Positions 51,554 through 64,000 of a stretch of 64,000 bases of DNA are shown here, piece by piece (positions within the stretch are counted from its first letter, which is position 1; the number at the start of each line of letters is the position of its first letter). The position numbers and the translations under genes were made by a program. Under the pieces are notes generated by a model. That model searched no databases. It saw nothing but the letters and a program-made list of their open reading frames with translations, and was not told where the DNA came from. The DNA is from Octopus sinensis (Eukaryota). The stretch is from the NCBI RefSeq assembly GCF_006345805.1, contig NC_043005.1, positions 62,062,001 through 62,126,000 on the forward strand, read 5' to 3'.

Positions 51554-51828
51554 TTTATTTATATATTTATGTTTTGCAATGACAGTTTTCTCATTTCTCT
51601 CATAGTTTGTCTTTGCATCGGTGTCTGAACATTAGAGTTTAGAGTCAAATTGTTCCAGTTTATTTTAAATATGATATGTTTCAATTGTTATAAAGAATGT
51701 ATGATTTAGCACAATAAAATAAAAATATATATTAAAAAAGGTAAAATGAACTTGTGACTGGGATTTTGTCTTGTAAACTAACTATAAATATTGCAAATTC
51801 ATCCTTGCTTAAGGCACTTTATTTTATT
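51554..51828 (-). terminator. Candidate polyadenylation signals for the MPP7-like 3' UTR
   Basis: AATAAA on the minus strand (plus TTTATT) at 51818-51828, 51659-51664 and 51554-51559; the last has a U-rich tract downstream. AATAAA is common by chance in AT-rich DNA. Confidence 0.3.
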
Positions 51829-52199
51829 TTGTATCAGCCAAATATATTGTGCAAAATAGGCACCTCCTGCAAGGACTACACATTAGACTTTGCCTACAAA
51901 TGAGTTTCACAGACAGAGGGACATAACATTTTGTGTTTCTACTTTGTATGACAGATGAAATGCAGTTTGTATCAGGTAAATCAGTGGTTTAATACACAGA
52001 TATGATACTTTTTCTCTAGCCAAAATATTGTACAATAGAAATAATGATAGAAAACACAGTGTATCTTTTTTTGCTAAATTTATTTTAAAAAGGTTTTCCT
52101 CCCAAATGAAAATTATGTAATAATGCGTTGTGTTGTTGATGCTCATATATATATATGTATTTACATATATATAGTATATGTATTTTTTCTTTCTTTTTT

Positions 52200-52379
52200 T
52201 TAATATTGGACCCAGTTTGCTGGGACATACAAAGGTTCTTTTCCCACTAGTTCCACTATATGAATCAGATCTTTTACTGCTTGCTCTATTGGCCCATTGA
52301 CAATAGTTTTGTCAAAGAAGTGACCGTAACGAATAACCATTGTTTTGGATGTGTTGATCATCTTTTGAAGTTCTTCATC
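52200..52379 (-). CDS. MPP7: Terminal coding exon of the MPP7-like MAGUK (stop TAA at 52202-52200)
   Basis: Acceptor tgtttttccAG, then DEELQKMINTSKTMVIRYGHFFDKTIVNGPIEQAVKDLIHIVELVGKEPLYVPANWVQY*. YGHxFD..IVN and EP..VP..W are the p55-family C-terminus. The PFS/DEE join and insert length fit MPP7/metro better than MPP5 (from recalled sequences; orthology needs a tree). Confidence 0.93.
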   Translation of the reverse strand, partial: DEELQKMINTSKTMVIRYGHFFDKTIVNGPIEQAVKDLIHIVELVGKEPLYVPANWVQY

Positions 52380-53026
52380 CTGGAAAAACAAAGAAAAAAT
52401 ATAAAATAATTTTAATTCAAAAATTTCAAAAACTGAAATTTTAAAAATTTATCCAAATTTATAAAATATAGTAGTAATAAGAGATTAACTTTATAAAAAT
52501 TATGATAATTATGTAGCAAACCTAAAATATTTCCAAACCACCCCACAAAAACAACAAAAAACTATCAAGCTTTAAGAAAGTGGTTGTTATTTGGTCCTAA
52601 GTTAGCTCTGTTTGAGCAAACAAATAACCAAAGGTATTCCAGCACTGCTGGAAGGCACATGGCTCACTGGTTAGAACACCAGGGTTACAACTGAGAAGTT
52701 GTGAATTTGATTCAACTTTACCTTTCATCCTTTTGGGGGTCAATAAAATAAGTGCCAGTCATGCCCTGTGGTTGATGTAATCAACTTACCTGCCCCAAAC
52801 TTGCTGGCTTTGTGCCAAAATTTGAAATTATTGTTGTTGTTGTTATTATTGTGTAATCCCATGAGAGAAGCTCAGTATTTTCAAATCTAAACTAATAATT
52901 TCTCACAAGACTTTTTCCTTTTATTTTAAATATTCTTAATATGTGTATGAATTGATCACATGAGAAAGTGTAATATATAAGTGTGCTCGGTAGTGCAGTG
53001 AAAGCATGTTATAAAAATAAGACTAT

Positions 53027-53059
<33 letters not shown>

Positions 53060-53065
<6 letters not shown>

Positions 53066-53980
53066 GTTTTAAATTTTGGCACAAGGCCAGCAAGTTTAGG
53101 AGAGGGCCTAAGTCTTACATCAGCCCCAGTACTCAACTGCTAGTTATTTTATTGACCACAAAAAGACAAAAGGCAATGTCAACCTTGGTGGGATTTGAAC
53201 ACAGAATGTATAGATGGATGAAATGCTGCTAAGCATTTTGCCTGAGGTGCTAATGATTCTGCCAAATTGCTGCCTTTTTAATGATATAGTACTCTATTTT
53301 ATCAATCCCACAGTGATAAAAGGCAAAATTGCCTTTGGCAGAATTTTAACTCAGAGTGTCAAGATCTGCGAGAAATATCACAAAGCATTTTGTCCACTTC
53401 ATAATGATTTTGCAAATCCAATCCTCATAATAATAATAATGATAATGATTATTGTTATAATCATTAAAGCAGCAAGCTGGCAAAATTATTAGCATGCTTA
53501 GCAGCATTTTGTCTGTCTTTAAATCTTGAGTTCAAATACCACAATACTTTCATACTTTCAGGGTTGATGAAATAAGTACCAGCTGAGCTCTGGGGTCAAG
53601 GTAATCAACTAACACCCTCCTTCAAAATTTCAGGCCTTGTGCCTATAACAGAAATGATATTTAAGAAATATATTTTTTTCATCTTTTCCTTAATATCTAA
53701 TTATATTGAATAGTTAACTTGTACCAAAAATGTAATTTCAGAAATATCTAATTCTAGGAAAAAACTGAAATTTGGTGGGAGGAGGCTAGTCATTTTCATC
53801 AACCCCAGTGCTCAACTGGTACTTATTTTATCAACCCCTTAAAGAATGAAAGGCAAAGTTGACTTTGGTGGTATTTGAACTCAAAATGTAAAGCCAGAAG
53901 AGATTCTGCTGAGCATTTTGTCTGGCAACTAACGAGTCTACTACCTTACTGCCTTCTTAGAGTTGATGACGCTGATAATA
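53060..53980. mobile_element. Cluster of family-B SINE copies in alternating orientation (approx. 53060-53280 -, 53290-53410 -, 53465-53660 +, 53760-53960 -)
   Basis: Shared gatttgaac(t/a)cagaa / ctgagttcaaat, aaaggcaaagttgac and aagtaccag motifs. Confidence 0.75.
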
Positions 53981-56125
53981 ATAATAATAATAATGAACTC
54001 TCCTGTCAAAGACGATGTATGAGTGTTCAGCTTTTGCTAAACGATCTGCACAAATGATTTGTTTATAGTGATCAAATGTTCCATGCTGTACATTAGCTCA
54101 CTTCCTCCATCAAATGAGTGTTGCCTGAAAAGGTGCATGGAGTAGCACAGGTCAGGTGTTGAGGTAACTGCAGAGAAATGTGAGATGAAGTGTTTTGCTC
54201 AAGAACACATTGCACCACCCGGTCTAGGAATAAAAATGGTGATCTCATGGTCATGTGAGCAACACCCTGACTACTAGGCCATGTGTACTTTCAAATAATA
54301 GTTGTTGTTGTTTATTATTACTGGAAAAAGTCTCAGAAATAACAAGCTAGTCCTAGGCTAATAAAACAGAAAATGGCATCGACATGAATTGGAGAACAAG
54401 TGTTAAAAATGCCAAAGCCTGTATTCTTTATGGTTTTCTTTTTCTTTTCCAAACAGATTCCTAAACCCCTTTAGAAAAGGTTGGATAATTCTTGAAGCTT
54501 TGACATAAGTTTATGTTGAAGTTTGTTTTAAACCAGAAAGTCTTCTTTTTGATGTCAACTACTCAAAAAAAGAAGTGAATCAGAGCAAAGTAATTTACCT
54601 TGCCAAAAGGAGAGAGAAAATGTTTATAGTAAGATTGGAAATCTATTTTATTTATTTATTTATTTTATATTGCAATTGGTGACAGAGAATGTTGTTGGTA
54701 ATAGATTTCCAGCAGGCCAATCACTAGTTTTCCGCATTTCTGACAACCAAAGTGACAAAGAAGTGTCTGCAATTGACACTGAACAAATATCACAATCAAG
54801 TTTGTTCAAAAAACAGATTTTGTGTGTGTGCACATGTGTGTGTATAGGTTTTACTTTGCACATGTTTACATCTTTGCAGACATATATCAGGAAAGCTATA
54901 CACAAAAACAGATATCTATGTGTAAGTATGTGAGTGTGTGTATAGATAGATAAATAGATAGATATATGTTCATAATATATGGATGTGTATTCATCATCAT
55001 TTTAATGTCTACTTTTGTAATTCTTGTGGGGGTCTGATGAAAATTCTTTGAGGTAGACTTTCTATCTGTCTATGGACAGATTCTCTTCCTCGCTAACTCT
55101 CACTTTTTTCCCCCAAGGTAGTATTTTTTTCTCTTGTTCAAACATGTTTCCGTTGAAGATTGCAGGCAATTGAAACTGCTTGTGTGATGATGACATTTAC
55201 AATTAACATGAAATGTCGAAACATGGAGACACAAATACGCACATGCACACATGCGCACACACGCATGCACACACACAAAGATATGAAGAGATTGTTTCCG
55301 GTTTACATCTGCCAAATTCATTCACAAGGTTTTGGTTGGTATGGGGGCTATAGCAGAAGACACTCACCCAAAATGGCACACAGTGGAATTCATCCCCAAA
55401 CCACATAATTGTGGAATGAACTTCTTAACTACACAGATATTATGGTGCTCTCTCTCTTTTCCTCTCTCTCTCTCACTCATCATCATTGTTTAGCATCCGT
55501 TTTTCCATGCTGGTATGGGTTAGACAGTTTCAATGGAAATTGTAAGCCAGGAGACACAAGGCTACTGGCTGTTTTGGATTGCTATGGCTGGATGACCTTC
55601 CTAACACCAGCCGCTCCATAGAATGTACTGGGTGTCTTTTTACATGTCACCAGCATAGGTACATTTTACATACACAGACACAGGCACACACACACACATA
55701 ACACATAATAGAATAGGGATTCGAAATCTGGGCAGGTACCTTATGAAGACTCTGATACAATCCAGATCTGACTAACCATGTGGAATGATAGGAGTATTCA
55801 GAATCATTAAGATATGCAATGCAATTAAAGTGTACTTCATTCGATAGGTAAATCCTGAGTTCATTGGGTAACAGAGTTTGTTTCACCCACCTGTATGGCT
55901 AACACCTCAATTAAAGCTGTATGGTTTGTCACTATTTAGATGAATGTGTTTCACAACTGTTTTAATATAAGTCAATTAAATGTGCATAACTGCTGCATGA
56001 AAGAACACTAGGATACTTATCCAGCAGAAACACATGTTGGAATGGAATACAAAGAAAATATTTTCAATAAATAAATTTTAAAAATGTATAATTCTCCATT
56101 CTTTATAATGATGTATGTTTATATA

Positions 56126-56879
56126 TTGGGTCATCCCATAAATAATGCGGATTTTTTATACTTCTTTCGTTTATCAAAATTAAGATAAACAAAGTTCTTT
56201 TAATCTAAAATATACTCTCCTTCATTTTCTACAATGCTCTTCCATCTATCTGGTAGACTTACAAGGCCCCTCTTCCAAAATTCCCTTATCTGTGATGAAA
56301 AATACTCCTCCAGTACTATTCTGAACTTGTCTACAGAATTCATATTTTTTCAATCCAAATGATTTTGAAGTCTGTGAAATAAATGATAATGAGGTGGGGC
56401 AATGTCTGGTGAATACGGTGGGTGGGGCATTGTTTCCCATTAAAACTGCTTCAAGCTTTGGAATATCTTCCTTGCCGTACATGACCAAGCATTATCCTGA
56501 TGGAAGAAAACTCTTCGTCTTGAAACCAAAGATGGTAATTTTTCTTCCAGCACAGGTGTTGATGAATGATTGAATGACCAAATCCAAGCTTCTCTCCTAG
56601 TTCCTCAAAAGTTCCAATAGGATTTTGTTCTACCAGGCTTTGCCATTATTGAACTCATAAAGCAAAATATATACTGAATATGCTCCTTTGTCACTTCAAT
56701 TATAGCTTTGAAAAAATAATGGTTAAAATCAAACTCCACTCTTCAAAACTTGCACTAAGAATAAGGACAAGGTAAAATTACTACCTGCTTTTATAGCAAG
56801 TTGAAGTCAGTAGTTTACCCTGTCCCCCTCTGACTTTTAGTTCATGCAATTGAAAAAACTGCATTATTTATGGGATGAC

Positions 56880-56883
<4 letters not shown>
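56126..56883 (-). mobile_element. Internally deleted mariner (DD34D) transposon
   Basis: TA-flanked TIRs ttgggtcatcccataaataatgc(g/a)g..tttt at both ends. Minus frame HQDNAWS...*WETMPHPPYSPDIAPP(H)YHLF has 34 residues between D2 and the mutated D3. Confidence 0.93.
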
Positions 56884-56917
<34 letters not shown>

Positions 56918-57236
56918 GGGCACATGGCATAGAGGCTAGGGTGTTGCTCTCATGATCATGAGATCACCGTTTCAGTTCCTGGACTTGGAAGAACATTGTG
57001 TTCTTGAGCAAAACACTTCATCTCACATTGCTTTGTGATCACTTTCATACCCGATATGTGGTATACTGTGCACATGATCAGGCACTGTCAATTTGATGGA
57101 AAGAGTGAGCTAATATAGAGCACATACATTTCATCACTATAAACAAATCATTTGTGCAGTTCATTCAGTAAGTAACTGAATACTCATATGTAGTCTTTGA
57201 TGGGAGATTACATAATAAACTTAAATGCACACACAC

Positions 57237-57273
<37 letters not shown>

Positions 57274-57489
57274 ATCAAATCAAATAAACAAACAATAAAA
57301 TCAACAATAACAAACACTAACAGGGTGTGCATAAGGAATGAATTAATTTGATGTTCAGTAAAAAGAGTCTTTGATGCTTTGGGCATAGCTCTTCATTGGA
57401 AAGGAGAAAGGGAAAAATCCAAAGAAGGAAAAGAAATCACCAACAGCGCATGTGTATAAACATTGCTGAAGTGATATATGTATGTATGT

Positions 57490-57730
57490 TTATATACCTA
57501 TTTCTTTACTACCCACAAGGGGCTAAACACAGAGAGGACAAACAAGGACAGACAAAGGGATTAAGTCGATTATATCGACCCCAGTGCGAAACTGTTACTT
57601 TATTTATCGACCCGGAAAGGATGAAAGGCAAAGTCGACCTCGGCGGAATTTGAACTCAGAACAACGGCAAACGAAATACGGCTACGCATTTCGCCCGGCG
57701 TGCTAACGATTCTGCCAGCTCACCGCCTTA
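57490..57730 (-). mobile_element. Young (CpG-rich) family-B SINE
   Basis: aaggcaaagtcgacctcggcggaatttgaactcag...ttcgcccggcgtgctaacgattctgccagctcaccgcct. Confidence 0.85.
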
Positions 57731-58351
57731 TGTATGTTTATATACATGCACACACACACACACGTGCACGCATGCATAGACATACATATATGTATGTCTA
57801 TATACATGTTTGTATGTGTGTGCATGGCGTGTATTTATATAAGTCAATTCTATGCTATGGTAGGAGACACTTGCCCAAGATATCACAGTGTAGGATTGAA
57901 TCGAGAATATGTGACTGCAGGAACCACAAAGTGTAAAGCTGATAATCTAGTCTCCTTCAGAAGCATCAAGGATGAGCCTCAAAAGTACCATCTGCTGGGC
58001 TAAATTATGTAATTGCTTGATGCTTAATAACCAGACATATCAGTTAACTACTAGTGGTCAGTTTCTAGTTACTTTGCAGATTAGGGAGAATAGGAAGTGT
58101 AACATCTTTGCTATGTTGTTCACAGCATAATAAACAGATATGGTAAATAGTTGTAGTAGTAGTAGAAATAATAATAATAATAATTCTTTCCACTGGAAGC
58201 ACAAGGCCTTAAATTTGGGGGAAGGGATTAAGTCAATTACATCAACCCCAGTGTGTAACTGGTACTTAAATTATTGATCCTGAAAGGATGAAAGGCAAAC
58301 TCCTTCACCAAACATCGACTGCACCTAAGAATTTATTATTATTATTATTAT

Positions 58352-58969
58352 TATTGAGTGAGAGAGTGCATACCATCAAAGTGACACGGGGGTTCAAATA
58401 TATGAAGCCCAACATACCCATCATAACTACCTGTCTGATAAGGGTACACTGATGCAGTACCAGGCAGTGGCTCTCATGGCTTCTGATCTTAACTGATTGG
58501 AAGTGTTATCATGTATATGATTTGTCTTGGTGTAAAAGATGGGCTACAGCAAATATTCCGCTCAATACCACAGATTTGCTTGTTAGTTGCTTGACCTTAA
58601 CCAGTTGATGATCATAAGAAGAAGTAGTGGGGTAGCAACAAAGCCATATGCTGTGAGGAATTCTTTGGGGTTTGAATAATTCACCTCTGGAAATATAGGT
58701 ATTTCATTCAACATCCTTAAACAAATCATATTCAGAGGCCTTTTGAGTGGGATGGGCTACTCGACTTGAAGAAAATTCTAACTGGGCCCCACCTACAAGG
58801 TCATGCACTATCTATCTTGATATGAGATCACCATGTCACGAACATATAGATGTGATGCATGTTCCTGGTGTACCCTTATCAGACGGATAGTCATGATGGG
58901 TATGTTGGGCTTCGTATATTTGTACACCAGTGTCACTTTGATGGTGTGCACTGCTCTCTCACTCAGTAA
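58352..58969. mobile_element. ~620-bp MITE with ~38-bp TIRs in an (ATT)n context
   Basis: tgagtgagagagtgcataccatcaaagtgacac / gtgtcactttgatggtgtgcactgctctctcactca. Confidence 0.85.
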
Positions 58970-59402
58970 TAATAATAGTAATAATAAATTCTTAGGTGCA
59001 CGCGCTGATGTTTGGTGAAGGAGTTTGCTTCACAATCATGTGTTTTTGGGTTCAGTTCCACTGTGTAGTACCCTGGGCAAGTGTTTGTTATTATTCCCTC
59101 AGTTCAACCAATGTCTTGTGAGTGAATCTCGTAAAACAAAACTGTACAAAGCTTGTTGTATTTATGTGTTTGCGGGTGTGCATGCGCACATGTTAGAATG
59201 TTTACATTATGTGTTTGTATCAGCTATGGTTGGAATTCTTGTAATTTCTTTGCCAATAAATCATCTAATAGCTTTGCTTCAAAAACAGCTAGCTAAGGGC
59301 AGAAAAATGGATGTACAAACAAATGACAGAATCAATATATATGTATGTGTGAGTGCATGTGTGTCTGTATGTGTGTGTGTGTATGTATATATATATATAT
59401 AT

Positions 59403-59434
<32 letters not shown>

Positions 59435-60471
59435 CTATGTTTGTAAATCATATTTGTAATATCTTATGAATGGGAAATGCAACAACTAAAGCATGGAGTT
59501 TATTCAGTAAATAGTGATTTTTGTTAATATTACACTAAAAGGCATCAGTGTTTTTGCATTTGCCTATTTATGCATACCTGTGCTTGTGTGTGAATGTATA
59601 CATATGTTTAAATAAATTAATCTAGCCTTAATTTTATAATACTGTAGAGATTTCAAACCGTAAGATTCTGTGTGAGATGTCTTCAGAACAAAAGACTTCC
59701 TCCAACGTTGTAAATGTCAAAGAATAAACTTAAAAGTAACATTAATAACTTGTCAAACAGAAAACTACATCTATTTCCTACCCAGCTTCTTTTATTGAGC
59801 TAACTACTATCTTACAAACATTCTCATTCTTTATCATTTCTTGCAAAGCAGCGACTACAATCAAATTTACAAAATGTTAGACTAGTAAAAGATTACATTG
59901 TGTGTATGTTTGACATTTTAAAATCCCACAAATGCTTTTTTTTTCTTTTTTGTTTATTCATTTTCCTATATTTAAAAATATCATTTATTTATTTAACTTT
60001 ATTATTTTTATATTTTTAAGTTTATTTACTCAGTAATCGAGTCTGGTTAGTTTCATAGTGTGAAATCCTAAACAGATTTGAAATCACAGTGTAAAAATAA
60101 CGATAAATAAAATATATAAAATAATAAGAAAAACATTAAATTAAATATAATTCCAATGTTTGTTTCCTCTTATATTTCACATTCATTTGCTTTCGAAATT
60201 CAGAAACATAAATAAAAGCATGCACACAAAAAGAAACAGAAAAACAATAATAACAAAAAGACAAAGAGAAACAAAAACAAACATCAGTACAACATGAAAT
60301 AAAACTATTTAGAAAAAACGAAAATTAATAACATAAACACAATTTTAAAAAACTTCTCAAATTAATAACTTTTTTTCCCCAGTTTCTGTTCGTGAAAGTC
60401 AATACTTAAAGTTATGTCAAGTGTTCTTTTAAATATTTTTATAATTCATTGAAAATAAAATTAATTCTTAC

Positions 60472-60609
60472 TGAAAATGGTTGAGGGAGATCATTTACTG
60501 TATGTCTAGCATTTTTTTCAAACCTCGTGGCTTTTAGTATTTCAAAAGATGGTGGTGCTACAAATATCACATATGGTTTGATGTCTGCTGTTCGTAAAAA
60601 TTTAAGAGC
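60472..60609 (-). CDS. MPP7: Penultimate coding exon of the MPP7-like MAGUK
   Basis: Acceptor ttttctttcAG, 138 nt encoding ALKFLRTADIKPYVIFVAPPSFEILKATRFEKNARHTVNDLPQPFS, donor GTAAGA; phase 0/0. LRT..KPYVIF..PP is typical of the MAGUK GK domain. Confidence 0.95.
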
Positions 60610-61089
60610 CTGAAAGAAAAATAACAGTAAAAGGTAAAAATGGAAGAGCAAAATATATAAAATAAAATTAAAATGGTAACCATTCCTAAGGATATTAGTA
60701 TTTGATTATCTGTTAGTTTTATATTGCAGATCAATTAATTAATCTAGCAACTGAGGTTGGATTGTTAAAGTCAGCTTATAATAATGATTTCTCACATTGA
60801 CAAAAATGCTTATACATTTGAAGAGAAGGGTTTCACCTTAGAATATGTCTAGTATTTGTAGATCCAAGAAGAAGGAAAAGCAAAGTTGACTTAGGTTGGA
60901 TCCAAACTTGTGGTGGACAGGGATACAGTTCAATACGGCAAATTATGTTTCTTCCTTGATTTTTAGATTTTAAACAACTCTGGAGGAAGATTTTGTCAAC
61001 CAATTACTTGGATGATCTTGAATGAATTTTTAAAATTCACTATGTTACATATATGAGTCCTTACCATATTTGTATTTAGCAGGCAGGTA

Positions 61090-61420
61090 TGTGATAAGTA
61101 CTTGTGTCAGTGTTACATAAAATGCACCCATCTGGGTGGCATGCGAAAAGCACCCCATGCCAGTGTCATGTGAGGAGCACACATGTTAGTGTTACATAAA
61201 ATGCACCCATGCCAGCACCAGATATAAATCACCCATGCTGGTGCTTCATAGAAAGCACCCTGTACACTCTGTAAGGTGGTAGACATTAGGAATGGCATCC
61301 AGTCATAGAAACTGTCAGAACATGACTGGAGCTTGGAGCAATACTCTGGCTTGCCAGCTCCTGTCAAGCCATCCAACCCATGCCAGCATGGAAAATGGAT
61401 GATAGATGATGATGATGAAC
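61090..61420 (+). mobile_element. RTE-type 3' UTR/tail fragment
   Basis: Repeated aaatgcacccatg units, then ggcatccag...aacccatgccagcatggaaaatggatgatagatgatgatg. Confidence 0.75.
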
Positions 61421-61647
61421 ATTTCTCTGAAGGTATTGTAAATGCTGCAAGGCTTTTGTCTGTTCTACTTATTGCTAACATTATAAGTTATAATAATGAT
61501 TTTTAACAGAGGCACAAGGCATAGTCAAGCCATTCAACTCCAATGTATGACTGGTACTTATTTTATAAAACTCTCTCTCCCCAGATAAAAGACAAATTTG
61601 ACACTGGCTATTCCTTCTACACACATTGTTTTCTACTTTGATAGTAA

Positions 61648-61865
61648 CTCTTTAGCATTCAGATTACTCTGTCAAATGTGATGCTTATTTATTCACATTA
61701 TTTTGAATTAATCATGCATTATCTTGTAATACCAAGATTTTGATGTAATTGCTTATATTTAGAATGACATTGTAGGGTAGGTGTAAGAGGCTGGATTTTT
61801 GTCAGTTTAAACATAAGACACGTCGAATATTTGGGCTAGATATGGTCAGTTTAAATGCTAAATAG
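61648..61865. mobile_element. Short piggyBac-like (TTAA) MITE
   Basis: ctctttagcatt / aatgctaaatag termini; TTAA on the right, degenerate GTAA on the left. Confidence 0.55.
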
Positions 61866-62132
61866 TTAAACATAATAACAGGCACATATCAGGAATTAAC
61901 TCTTTAGATTTTAACGTTAATCATTATGGAAAATATAAGCAGCAATTTGAGACAGAAAATAGCAACAGACCCAATAAAGGGACTCTAACCATGTTTCTGT
62001 AAAAAAGGGAGAGATAGGAGGATTAAATCATCCTGTCAGTGATCTTGTTTCTATTTCTGTCTCAAATTAGTGTTATGTTGTCCAATAACAGAGTAACATT
62101 CAACTTTAGAGAATAGTTAAATCTTGTTTTAC

Positions 62133-62241
62133 CTGTGTATGCGGTGTTAAGACACACACTTTTCCTGAGTTGATCACACATTTTATGGAATCAATGCTTG
62201 AGCCATATAAATTTCCTTTATACTCTCCATACTCAACAAAT
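62133..62241 (-). CDS. MPP7: Internal coding exon of a MAGUK p55-family (MPP7/metro-like) gene, guanylate-kinase-like domain
   Basis: Missed by the ORF track. Acceptor ttttcaaAG, then phase-2 exon (R)[36 protein letters not shown], then donor GTaaaa; 109 nt. Matches the EYGEYKxNxYGxSIDS GK motif and splices in phase 0 to the 60609 exon. Confidence 0.93.
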
Positions 62242-63139
62242 CTTTGAAAAGAAACCAAAAAGAAGGCATATAGATATAAAACAAAATAGAGAGAAAGGGG
62301 TGAGGAGATGGGAGAGACAGAGGAAGAAAAGAAGGAGGAGTGAGAGACTTTGAAAAATCAGAATAATTATACAAGTATTGAAAGGGGAGTGGGAAAAAAC
62401 ATAAATAGAACTGATTCAAATGCTTATTGTTATCATATTGTAATGAATGTAAACACAATTGATTATAAGTAAAAAGATAAGGAAATCCATCACAATGCTG
62501 AATAAAGAGAAAAATAAATTTATTCAGTTTTTGCTTTAATAATTTTTAATTGGGAAATGATAGATTCAAAATCTGAAATATTGATGAAATTTATATCTAT
62601 TTAGCATCGAAGTGACTTTCATCACTCTTCTTTGTACAACAATACTTCTTTCAATAACAATACTTCAAATGAGCTACAAGTTCTTACTAATAACTAAATC
62701 TGTGTGGTTTTTTTTTTTTTTTTTAAATAAACCTATATAGCTATCAACAATGTTGAGCTTACACTGTTTGAAAGGAAATTTTTTTTTTAAATCAGAAATT
62801 CAACTTTAATCTCAAGGCATTTAACTTATTTAAATCAACAATTTTTTTTTCTTCTTTATTTATATATGTAAATATAGAAGTACTGCGTCAATAATGGACA
62901 ACCAGAATAAATTTGATCAAATACTGATTAGCACTGGTTTCCATGCCAAATTCTGTGCTTCAACATTAAAGTCTAGAACAAATCTCATTCACAAGATGCC
63001 CTGTGTGGGTGTGTGTATAAACAGACACATGCATATTTATTTGTATATAGATGTGTGTGTGTGTACATATATATATATCTATTTAGCATTGAAGTATTAA
63101 AGATATATATATATATATATATATAAATTTTCTGCTTTA

Positions 63140-63777
63140 CTTATTTAAAGTCATTGGACTACAGCCATGCTGGGGCAGCACCATGAATAATTTTACTCTA
63201 ACAAATTGACCCCAGTACTTATTTTTAAAGCTTGGTACTTATTTCTATTGGTCTCTTTTACCCAACTGCTAGGTTACAAGGGAGGAAAACAAACCAACCC
63301 TGGTTGTCAAGAGGTGGTAGGAGACAAACACAACCACAAAGACACACATACAGCTATATGTACATACATATAAAAACATGGCAGGCTTCTTTCAGTTTCT
63401 TTCTACTAAATCCACCCACAAGGGTGATAGTAGAAGACACTTGTCCATGCATAGGGACTGAACCTAGAATTATTTAGTTGGGAAACAAACTTTTTACTAC
63501 ACAGCCATGCCTGTGCTTATGCATATCTATGTATGTGTGAGTATGAGTATGCTTATATCACCTTGACTTGACATTGCAGGATAGATGTAAATGGGTGTCA
63601 TTGTCATACAAGCAGTGTGGTGAATTTCCAATATTGTGTGAAAGCATATTAGGTCACGGAGAGGTATTACCTAGTAACAGATGAAGGTCGGCAACAAGAA
63701 GGACCTCCAGCCAATGGACATTAAAATAATAATGAAGTGAGACCAAAAAGTATAAAATAACCTGAAAACATTCTCAG

Positions 63778-63814
<37 letters not shown>

Positions 63815-64000
63815 TCTTTTACTTGTTTCAGTCATTTTGAATGTGGTCATGCTGAAGCACCACCTTTAGTGGAGCAAATCGACCCCCAGGACTCATTCTT
63901 TGTAAGCCTAGTACTTATTCTATCAGTCTCTTTTGCTGAACCACTAAGTTATGGGGATGTAAACACACCAGCATTGGTTGTCGAGCGATGTTGGGGGGAC
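63140..64000 (-). mobile_element. Two SINE family A copies (approx. 63140-63510 and 63815 to the window end)
   Basis: agtcattggactacagccatgctgg...gtagaagacacttg...actacacagccatg, and ttttacttgtttcagtcattt...gaaccactaagttatgggg. Confidence 0.75.

Larger units (their letters stand above)
50266..52981. repeat. Older ~275-bp direct duplication (50266-50540 and 52712-52981) bracketing the MPP7-like terminal exon
   Basis: A SINE 3' half plus unique flank (caatcccatgagagaag...gaaagtgtaatatataag) is shared, with multiple substitutions and small indels. Confidence 0.9.

Noticed and set aside
54660-54933. Overlapping ORFs on both strands in the MAGUK intron
   Set aside because: Run into (TG)n repeats, show no recognisable motif, and the flanking MAGUK exons already join in frame without them.

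Overview
AT-rich, repeat-dense animal genomic DNA with one 100-N scaffold gap (29686-29785). The tRNA-derived SINEs, RTE LINEs with (GAT)n tails and very long (TA)n/(TACA)n microsatellites point to a coleoid cephalopod, probably Octopus (inference from repeat content). Only one host gene is well supported: the last three coding exons of a MAGUK p55/MPP7 (Drosophila metro)-like gene on the minus strand (62241-62133, 60609-60472, 52379-52200), which encode the C-terminal guanylate-kinase-like domain. The rest is mostly mobile DNA: one near-full-length RTE LINE and several truncated copies, a near-full-length CR1, Penelope-like remnants, a Hero/REL-type LINE remnant, DD37D and DD34D Tc1/mariner fossils, a Helitron/Helentron-like element, several MITEs and many SINEs. 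The most unusual signals are (1) six minimal hammerhead-ribozyme-like motifs in three repeat families; (2) an RTE LINE broken mainly by 1-nt indels, so possibly intact, with a PHD-type finger inside its RT and a higher-order minisatellite in its 3' UTR; and (3) a cluster of very recent local inverted/direct duplications and a 484-bp palindrome at 45.9-53 kb. No CRISPR array, rRNA or genuine tRNA gene was found, and I cannot support a wholly new multi-gene system. All alignments were done by eye.
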